Assembly: GCA_028713575.1 (NCBI GenBank)
Contig: JAQTOB010000004.1
Span: 30,001 to 62,000 of the forward strand
Direction: 5' to 3'
Source of the DNA: Patescibacteria group bacterium
Lineage (GTDB): Bacteria; Patescibacteriota; Patescibacteriia; UBA2591; UBA6264
DNA: 32,000 bases
A program made the translations under genes and the position numbers. The notes beneath the pieces are model-generated. The model had not been told where the DNA came from. It saw only the letters and a program-made list of their open reading frames with translations, and searched no databases. This document shows, one piece after another, positions 22,501 to 30,094 of the stretch (positions are counted from its first letter, which is position 1; each line of letters opens with the position of its first letter).

Positions 22501-25500
22501 ATGAAAATCAAAAACAAAATTTTTAGGAGGGTGAAACAAAAAATCACAAAAATTATTTTTGTTTTTTTAATGGTCGCGACGATGACGGGGAGTTTAACTA
22601 ACATTGCTCAAGCTTATTTATTAGACGCGGTTGATTTGTTAGGACAAATGGACACTTTAGACGAACCGATTTATACGCGAAGCACGCAAAACAATCCTTA
22701 TAGTACCATAGTCAGCAATGCGGTTTTCAACGGCGCGGAAGATGTGAAAATTGATACAGTTCATCACCGTTTATTCGTCGCCGACCGCAGTAACAATAGG
22801 GTTTTAGTTTATGATTTGGACGAAAATAATCAATTTGAACATTATGCCGCTGATTATGTTTTGGGTCAGCCGGATTTTACCACGGTCAGCGCCGGCACCA
22901 CGCAGAGCAAATTCAACGCTTCAAGATATATCGCCTATGATTCCAATCATCAGCGTTTGTTTGTTTCCGAAGAAGAAAATAAACGGGTAACGGTCTTTGA
23001 TTTATCCGAAGGAGTTACCACTGGTATGGACGCTTCTTATGTTCTTGGTCAGCCGGATTTCACCACCAGCGACACTACCACCACTTTATTTGGTTTTGAT
23101 TATTGTTGGGGACTGGCTTATGACTTAGATAATGATTATTTGTATGTGGCTGACGGATCTTCCCATAATCGTATTTTAATTTTTGATGTTGCCCCCGAAG
23201 AAATGTATAACTATAAACCGGCCTTTGCTCATTTGGGCTCTTTGATCGGCACTGCTTTGGACGATTCTCATTTTGAGGGTCCCCATGGCTTGGTTTTGGA
23301 CAAGACCAATGATATTTTATATGCGACCGACACCGACCATCATAGAATAATGATTTTTGATACAGAAGAAATTATCAATGGAGAAAGCGCGATTAATGTC
23401 CTTGGTCAATTAAATTTTACTTCAGATAGCACCAGCACTAGCAGCGTGGGTATGAATTACCCTTATAATGTTGATTTTGATGGAGTTGATGAGCGTTTAT
23501 TTGTTGCTGACGCTACCAATCATCGCGTAATGGTTTTTGACGTTTCTGGGGGAGTGACAGATGGCATGGAAGCCTCTTATGTTTTGGGTCAGATTGATTT
23601 TGACGCCAACAGTTCTGGCGCGACCCAATCTAAATTTAATAAGCCTCGCGGCGTGGCCTATAATTCCGTTACCAAAGAATTATATGTCGGCGATTCAGGC
23701 AATAATCGGATAATGGTTTTTGATTTATCCCAAGGTATTACTAACGGCATGAACGCTTCCAAACTTTTAGGACATACCACGCGCGGCGGCGTGCCGAATT
23801 GGACTTTTACCACTGCCAATCAAATGGGAGCACCTATTGACGACATCGGTTTGCACACGCCCGATAAAGTCCATTTTGATTCTGTCGGGCACCGTTTGTT
23901 CCAATCAGACCAGAACAATAGCCGTATCTTGGTTTATAATTTGGATGAAAATAATAATTTAATTGACCATGTTGCGGATTATGTGATTGGCAGAGATGAT
24001 TTTTTTACCGGCGGCTCGGACAATACCGGTGGCGGTCAAGCCGCTTTTAAATGGCAACATAATTCAATTCTTGATTCCGGGCGTCAGCGTTTATTCGTTT
24101 CTGATTCTTATAATAACCGGATTATGGTTTTTGACATTTCCGAAGGCATCGCCAACGGCATGAATGCGGCTTATGTTCTTGGTCAACCGGATTTTACTTC
24201 TTATGATGCGATTACTACCATTAGTGGCGTTAACGGGCCTCGCGGTTTTGCTTTTGATTCAAGCACTGACCGTTTATTTGTTGCCGACCGCAATAATCAT
24301 CGGGTTTTGGTTTATGATGTGGCGGAAATTGAAACCGGCGAAGACGCAATCAATGTTTTGGGCCAGTCCGACTTCACTAGCAACTCCGCAACCACTAGTA
24401 TCAGTGGCATGGACTATCCTTATGATTTAGCTTTGGACCAAACCAATCAACGTTTATTTGTTATTGACAAGAACAACAACCGAGTGGTTGTTTATGATGT
24501 GGCGGAAATTACTAACGGCGAAGACGCGGTGGCGGTTCTGGGTCAAGCTGATTTTAATTCTAAAATTGATACCGTTGAAGATGTTGAACAAAGGATTCAA
24601 ACCCAAGATAGATTATTTAACACCAGGGGAGTGGCTTATGATTCGGTTAATAATTGGTTATTTGTCGTGGAATACGCCGGTCATCGGGTAATGGTATTTG
24701 ATGTCACGGAAATTGAAAACGGCGAGCCGGCAATCAATGTTTTAGGAGACGAAACTTTTAATACGACTCTTTTGGAAACAATTGATGCCAATGAAAATAC
24801 GAATCGGGTCGCGACTGCCAGCAATTTTTGGACGCCCGAGACAGCGGAAATAGACGGAACCAATAGAAAATTATATGTTAGCGACCAAAATCATAACCGG
24901 ACCATGATTTTCCAATTGCCCAAAATTACGACTGCTTCATTAAGTAATGGCACTGTAGGCGAAGTTTATAGTCAAACAATTTCCGGTACTGGCGGCGCTG
25001 AGCCCTATGTTTGTTCTTTGGTCTCAGGCACTTTGCCCACTGGTTTATCCTTAAACGCTAATTGCACTATTACCGGCGCGCCATCAGCGGCCGGAACAGC
25101 CAATAATCTTGTTATTCGTTTTTCTGACAGTTCAATTACTTCGCCGGAAACAGTCGGCTTATGGCACAACAAAACTTTTAGTTTAACTGTTGACGAGTCT
25201 TTGGCTAACATTAAAATTTCAGCCAAAGCCGAATTAACCGCGGCCTTGGCGACTTATAATCAGGAGGATTACACCGAAGAAAACTGGACAGGTCTAAATA
25301 CTTATAAAACCGATGGCGACACAGCTATTGATGATGCCGAAGATACAGCCGGAGTTACAACAGCTAAAAATACGGCTATCAATGGAATGGCCGGAGTGGA
25401 AACCATTGCTCAAACACTTAAAACAATTACTGCTTTTTCTGTTCCTAATCAAGTTGGCGCGTCAACGATTAATCAAACCGACAAGACAATCAAATTAGTG

Positions 25501-27243
25501 GTTCCGTTTGGCACAGATGTTACTGACCTTGTGGCGTCTTTTACTACTACTGGCGCCTTGGTTAAAGTTAGCGGAGCAACACAAACCAGCGGTCAAACCG
25601 CTAATGATTTCACAAATTCTTTAATTTATACTGTTTCCGCCGTCAATGAGACAACACAGAATTATACGGTTAGTGTCACGGTCTTGACTAATACGCAAAC
25701 CGCCATAGATGATGAGGGCGCTGTTACCATTGATAACAGCACGCCTCAGGCGGTTATTATTAATCCAACTCAGGCAGTCACTGTTGATATTGCCGAAGAC
25801 ACGGAAGGCCCGAGCATTGATGTTAGTTCATTTATTAGTGCCGGAACAGGAACCATTCCTCAAATTACTATTACAGCCGCGAACGCGAATAATGTTAATG
25901 TAGCCATTCCCGCCTCCACCACTGTGACCAGTGCTGATTCGGCTTGGGATGGAGTAATTGCCGCGCCAGTCGTGACCACGGTCACTTTGCCCAATACTTC
26001 AGGAGAAATGAAAACATTAAGCACAGCCATTGAAGTCGGATTCTCCGGTGCCAAATTATCTTTTGATAAGGCGGTTAGGCTATTATTGCCGAACCAAGCG
26101 GGGAAAAGAGTAGGTTACATTAGAACAGGAATTGATTTTACGGAAATAACTTCGGTTTGTGACGCAGACAGCCAAGCGGTTGGCGACCTCTTGTCCGCTG
26201 ACGGTGAATGTAAAAAAGATGTGGGCAATGATTTAGTTGTCTGGACAAAACATTTTACTTCCTTTGCCACTTTTAGCGCGGTTCCTTTGTCTAGTGGCGG
26301 AGGAGGCGGCAGCGCTCCTGTTTTAGTGGGCCCCTCTGATTTAAGTTTAAAAATAAATAATGATGCATTGGAAACTTTTTCAAGAAATGTTGTTTTAAAT
26401 ATTAATGCCGCTAATGCCACGGAAATGTTAGTCGGCGATACTGTTGATTTTGCCAATGTTGATTGGGAAGAGTATGCGAGTTTGAAAAATTGGACCTTAA
26501 CTTCTGGCAATGGAGAAAAAATAATTTATATTAAATTTAGAGACAGCAGTCACAATGAATCTTCTGTAGTTTCCGACACGATTATATTAGAAGAAGAAAT
26601 AGTTGCGGTTGGCGAGGGAAGCTTGGTTAAAACTGCTGATTCTACTGCTTTGTATTTGATTCTTAATGCCAAGCGTCATGTTTTTCCGCACTTGGCCGTT
26701 TATCATTCCTGGTCTTATCCAAATGATTTTTCCACTGTTAAAACAATTACTACTGTTGAATTAAATCAATATCCGGAAGGCGATGCCGTTCCTTTCCGCG
26801 ACGGCTCAATGTTCAGGGGCACGACCCAATCCTTGTATGGTAAATCCGCTTCTGCTGTTTTTTATGTAGAAGACGGGAAATTAAGAGCAGTTAAATCAGG
26901 AGAAATTTATCAGACACTTTTTAATGACCCGAATTGGTCATTAGTCACTTGGGTTCCGGACGACTTGTTGGCCAAGTTTAATTATGAATTGTCTAATGAT
27001 TTAGATTCGTCAGATATCCATCCCAATGGTTCTTTGGTTAAATACCCTGATGCTCCTGCGGTTTACCTGATTAAAAATGGCAAAAAGCAACCCTTTTCTT
27101 CTTGGGACATTTTCGTCGCTAACGGTTATAGTCAAAGGAAGATTTTTGTCATTTCGGCTGAAGAGACCTATGAAACAGCAGAAATAATCAGCAGTTTAGC
27201 CGAATCCCTGACTACGCCAGTCATTGCTGCGATGTATCAATAG
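22501..27243 (+). CDS. Giant secreted surface protein: 12 NHL-type beta-propeller blades, Ig-like and other beta-sandwich domains, and a C-terminal ~190-aa domain shared with the S-layer-like protein
   Basis: 1580 aa with a signal peptide (..VATMTGSLTNIAQA). There are 12 repeats of the pattern hRLFVxDxxNNRvhVaDh followed by YVLGQPDFTS. A cadherin/Ig-like segment (GTVGEVYSQTISGTGGAEPYVCSLVSGTLPTGLSL) follows, then further beta-sandwich-like segments and a Gly linker (SSGGGGGS). Confidence 0.85.
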   Translation: MKIKNKIFRRVKQKITKIIFVFLMVATMTGSLTNIAQAYLLDAVDLLGQMDTLDEPIYTRSTQNNPYSTIVSNAVFNGAEDVKIDTVHHRLFVADRSNNRVLVYDLDENNQFEHYAADYVLGQPDFTTVSAGTTQSKFNASRYIAYDSNHQRLFVSEEENKRVTVFDLSEGVTTGMDASYVLGQPDFTTSDTTTTLFGFDYCWGLAYDLDNDYLYVADGSSHNRILIFDVAPEEMYNYKPAFAHLGSLIGTALDDSHFEGPHGLVLDKTNDILYATDTDHHRIMIFDTEEIINGESAINVLGQLNFTSDSTSTSSVGMNYPYNVDFDGVDERLFVADATNHRVMVFDVSGGVTDGMEASYVLGQIDFDANSSGATQSKFNKPRGVAYNSVTKELYVGDSGNNRIMVFDLSQGITNGMNASKLLGHTTRGGVPNWTFTTANQMGAPIDDIGLHTPDKVHFDSVGHRLFQSDQNNSRILVYNLDENNNLIDHVADYVIGRDDFFTGGSDNTGGGQAAFKWQHNSILDSGRQRLFVSDSYNNRIMVFDISEGIANGMNAAYVLGQPDFTSYDAITTISGVNGPRGFAFDSSTDRLFVADRNNHRVLVYDVAEIETGEDAINVLGQSDFTSNSATTSISGMDYPYDLALDQTNQRLFVIDKNNNRVVVYDVAEITNGEDAVAVLGQADFNSKIDTVEDVEQRIQTQDRLFNTRGVAYDSVNNWLFVVEYAGHRVMVFDVTEIENGEPAINVLGDETFNTTLLETIDANENTNRVATASNFWTPETAEIDGTNRKLYVSDQNHNRTMIFQLPKITTASLSNGTVGEVYSQTISGTGGAEPYVCSLVSGTLPTGLSLNANCTITGAPSAAGTANNLVIRFSDSSITSPETVGLWHNKTFSLTVDESLANIKISAKAELTAALATYNQEDYTEENWTGLNTYKTDGDTAIDDAEDTAGVTTAKNTAINGMAGVETIAQTLKTITAFSVPNQVGASTINQTDKTIKLVVPFGTDVTDLVASFTTTGALVKVSGATQTSGQTANDFTNSLIYTVSAVNETTQNYTVSVTVLTNTQTAIDDEGAVTIDNSTPQAVIINPTQAVTVDIAEDTEGPSIDVSSFISAGTGTIPQITITAANANNVNVAIPASTTVTSADSAWDGVIAAPVVTTVTLPNTSGEMKTLSTAIEVGFSGAKLSFDKAVRLLLPNQAGKRVGYIRTGIDFTEITSVCDADSQAVGDLLSADGECKKDVGNDLVVWTKHFTSFATFSAVPLSSGGGGGSAPVLVGPSDLSLKINNDALETFSRNVVLNINAANATEMLVGDTVDFANVDWEEYASLKNWTLTSGNGEKIIYIKFRDSSHNESSVVSDTIILEEEIVAVGEGSLVKTADSTALYLILNAKRHVFPHLAVYHSWSYPNDFSTVKTITTVELNQYPEGDAVPFRDGSMFRGTTQSLYGKSASAVFYVEDGKLRAVKSGEIYQTLFNDPNWSLVTWVPDDLLAKFNYELSNDLDSSDIHPNGSLVKYPDAPAVYLIKNGKKQPFSSWDIFVANGYSQRKIFVISAEETYETAEIISSLAESLTTPVIAAMYQ

Positions 27244-27264
27244 AATTAAGCCGAAATTCGGTTT

Positions 27265-27840
27265 AAATAAAGAAAAGTCCTCCTATTTTTGAGGGGGTCT
27301 TTTCTTTGTTTTGAGACTCGGTTTCCCGTTGGAAACCGAGTCTCTTCACTTCTTGGTTGTTTTGAGACTCGGTTTCCCGTTGGAAACCGAGTCTCTTCAC
27401 TTCTTGGCTTCCTGTTTAAAGTTCGGTTTCCCGCTTTGCTTCGTAGCGAGCTTTGCTCTGCTACTGGGGCTGGAAGCCGAACTTCTTTATTTTATAAAAA
27501 GCCACTTGGTCTTTAAAGTCCTCCTATTTTTGAGGGGGTCTTTTCTTTGTTTTGAGACTCGGTTTCCCGTTGGAAACCGAGTCTCTTCACTTCTTGGCTT
27601 TGATACTTTGGCGCAATCCCTGATTATGCCGGCTATGGCCGATTTAGCGCAATAAAGCTTCTATTATATATACACTTTGTTTTGAGACTCGGTTTCCCGT
27701 TGGAAACCGAGTCTCTTCACTTCTTGGCTTCCTGTTTAAAGTTCGGTTTCCCGCTTTGCTTCGTAGCGAGCTTTGCTCTGCTACTGGGGCTGGAAGCCGA
27801 ACTTCTTTATTTTATAAAAAGCCACTTGGTCTTTAAAGCC
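27265..27840. repeat. Composite repeat block after the giant gene
   Basis: The ~50-bp unit gttttgagactcggtttcccgttggaaaccgagtctcttcacttcttgg occurs four times (27308, 27358, 27548, 27678). The ~110-bp unit cttcctgtttaaagttcggtttccc...gccacttggtctttaaag occurs twice (27407, 27728). The unit tcctcctatttttgagggggtcttttctttg occurs twice (27278, 27518). Confidence 0.95.
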
Positions 27841-27938
27841 TTTTTTATAGGGAGGTTTGACCCCTTCCTCTTGTTATAAATATTATAAATGTTATAATAA
27901 TTTTCTACTATTTTCGTAAAATTTTCGTATTTCGTAGC

Positions 27939-28469
27939 ATGTTCCACCTCAGAGAGAAAATCCTTTTTCATCAAATTAAAAACGGTGACGAACAGGCCTT
28001 CACCGTCTTTTATAATACCTATAAAGACAGAATTTATCGTTTTATTTATTTTAAAGTTTCTGATCGTGAAAAAGTTTATGATTTGGTTTCCGAAGTTTTT
28101 ATTAAAATATATGATTATATTAAAGAGGGGAATGACATTGATAATTTTCAAGCTTTTTTGTATAAAATCGCTCGTAATTTAGTAATAGATTTTTATCGCA
28201 CTAAAAAAGAGGAAATTTCTTTAACTGATGCGCCGGAAACAGTTTCTCCTATCAATTTAGAAAAAGAAGTGGGAGATAAGGTTGCCGTGGAAAACGTCAA
28301 AAGATACCTTAATAAAATTAAACCAGAATACCGCGAAGCGGTTCATCTTCATTTTTTTGAAAATTTTTCTTTTTCCGAGATTGCGGATATTATCAATCAA
28401 TCCGAAGGCAATGTTAGGATTAGGGTTTATCGCGGCATTAAGCAATTAAAAGAGGTTTTAAGGGGTTGA
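27939..28469 (+). CDS. ECF-type RNA polymerase sigma factor (sigma-70 family)
   Basis: 176 aa with region 2 (YKDRIYRFIYFKVSDREKVYDLVSEVFIKIY, FQAFLYKIARNLVIDFYR) and region 4 (EYREAVHLHFFENFSFSEIADIINQSEGNVRIRVYRGIKQLKE). Confidence 0.9.
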   Translation: MFHLREKILFHQIKNGDEQAFTVFYNTYKDRIYRFIYFKVSDREKVYDLVSEVFIKIYDYIKEGNDIDNFQAFLYKIARNLVIDFYRTKKEEISLTDAPETVSPINLEKEVGDKVAVENVKRYLNKIKPEYREAVHLHFFENFSFSEIADIINQSEGNVRIRVYRGIKQLKEVLRG

Positions 28470-28985
28470 ACCCCTTCTATATGTAGGGGTTCAACCCCCT
28501 CCCCAATAATCGCCATCATAAACTTTTTACACAGGAACTTTTTACACATTTTTACACAGGACATTTTTACACAGGTTGAACCTGTGTAAATTTTCATTTG
28601 CATATTTCACAAAACAAATCCAAAATCCAAAACCCAAATTTTCATAATCACTTGGGAACCGAGTTTCTAAAAAGCAAGAAAGCAAGAGATGGATTCTACG
28701 CTAGAAACTCGGTTTCCCGTTGGAAACCGAGTTTCCTTCTCCCCAATAATCGCCATCATAAACTTTTTACACAGGAACTTTTTACACATTTTTATACAGC
28801 ACATTTTTACACAGCACATTTTTATACATTTTTACACAGGTTGAACCTGTGTAAATTTTCATTTGCATATTTCACAAAACAAATCCAAAATCCAAAACCC
28901 AAATTTTCATAATCACTTGGGAACCGAGTTCCTAAAAAGACATTTTTACACAGGTTGAACCTGTGTAAATTTTCATTTGGCATTT
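28462..28985. repeat. Composite repeat block between the sigma and anti-sigma genes
   Basis: GGGGTT-g-AACCCC at 28462-28474 overlaps the sigma stop codon, and GGGGTT-c-AACCCC lies at 28486-28498. A ~170-200-bp unit (ctccccaataatcgccatcataaac ... cacttgggaaccgag) occurs twice (28498, 28738), plus a partial third copy at 28940. The palindrome TTTACACAGGTT-g-AACCTGTGTAAA occurs three times. Confidence 0.95.
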
Positions 28986-29023
28986 AGTCATTTGATATTG
29001 ATTTGACATTTGACATTGGAAAT

Positions 29024-29053
29024 TTGACATTTCACGTTTTAATGGTGTATAAT
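29024..29053 (+). promoter_or_regulatory. Sigma-70-type promoter candidate for the anti-sigma-like gene
   Basis: Consensus hexamers TTGACA (29024-29029) and TATAAT (29048-29053) with an 18-nt spacer, about 60 nt upstream of the ATG at 29117. Confidence 0.4.
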
Positions 29054-29116
29054 TTTTCCCCTTTCTTCGTCTTATTATTTGTCATTTAGCCATCAAATAG
29101 TTAAATCTCAATTTCA

Positions 29117-30094
29117 ATGAAATTTAAAAATTTGACCCGACAATATAATTCAATAAAATTGGATACTGTTTCTGAAGATAAAATTCGGGAACGGGTTTTT
29201 GATTATTTTCAACAAACTCGTCCTGCTACGCCAACAATGAGTTATCATTTTAGTTTGTTTCTTAAACCGGCTTTAATAAGTTTGCTGGTTTTGTTTTTTA
29301 TTTTTACAACTGGTTTTGGAACAATAGCCGTGGCGAAAAAATCCTTGCCCGGTGATTTTTTATATTCTCTTAAAAGAGTTGTGGAAAAAAGTCAAATGTT
29401 TTTGGCTTTTAGTTCTTCGCAAAAAGTCGTTTTACGCGCGGAAATTTTAAATAATCGTTTTGATGAAGCCAAGGTTTTGGTTAAGAAAATGGAAACAGGA
29501 GACAAGGAGTCAGAATCAGATTTTAATATCTTGGCCGCGAATTTTAATCAGGAATTAAAAATTTTAAAAGAAGAAATTGGAGAACAAATTTTAGTAGAGG
29601 ATGGGCCTTTTCCGGCTGAGGACTTATTAAACACCGAATTATTGGACCAGGGTTCATTGCCGATTCAAGACCAACGCCAGATGTTTACTGTTTTGCCCAA
29701 TGAAGACATTGAAAGACTCTTGACTGAAACCAGAGAATTGCTGGCTGAAAAAAATATGGCTTTGGCCCTAGCTCGGATTGAGCAAGTAGAAAAAATAGTC
29801 AGCGGTGAAGAAAAAGTAGAACCCCAAGAGGCAGAATCTCAGGAAATAGAACTTCAAGAAATTCAGGAAAATGAAAAGAGGATTTTAGAATCAACAGAAG
29901 AAAATTTTCAATTTCCAGCTCTTCAACCGGCGGAACAATCTCCGAATTCCGAATTGCTTGAAACCCAATCCTTGAATTCCCAATTACCCAATTTAGGTTC
30001 AACAGGAAATCTTTCAAAAGAAAAACAAGATGATTTTAAAGTTAAAATAGAAAAGGATTCTTCAGCGCAAACCAGTATGATTCGGGAAGAGTAG
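29117..30094 (+). CDS. DUF5667-type single-pass membrane protein (anti-sigma-factor-like)
   Basis: 325 aa with a short cytoplasmic N-terminus, a TM (ALISLLVLFFIFTTGFGTIAVA), the motif LPGDFLYSLKRVVEKSQMFL typical of DUF5667, and an acidic low-complexity tail. It lies downstream of an ECF sigma gene. Confidence 0.65.
   Translation: MKFKNLTRQYNSIKLDTVSEDKIRERVFDYFQQTRPATPTMSYHFSLFLKPALISLLVLFFIFTTGFGTIAVAKKSLPGDFLYSLKRVVEKSQMFLAFSSSQKVVLRAEILNNRFDEAKVLVKKMETGDKESESDFNILAANFNQELKILKEEIGEQILVEDGPFPAEDLLNTELLDQGSLPIQDQRQMFTVLPNEDIERLLTETRELLAEKNMALALARIEQVEKIVSGEEKVEPQEAESQEIELQEIQENEKRILESTEENFQFPALQPAEQSPNSELLETQSLNSQLPNLGSTGNLSKEKQDDFKVKIEKDSSAQTSMIREE

Noticed and set aside
27289-28912. ORFs 27289..27516, 27311..27655, 27682..27879 and 28598..28912 in the ORF track.
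   Set aside because: All lie entirely within the repeat mosaics, begin at TTG inside a palindrome arm, and encode periodic low-complexity peptides. Only the last 16 codons of 27311..27655 are meaningful, as a possible fossil gene end.
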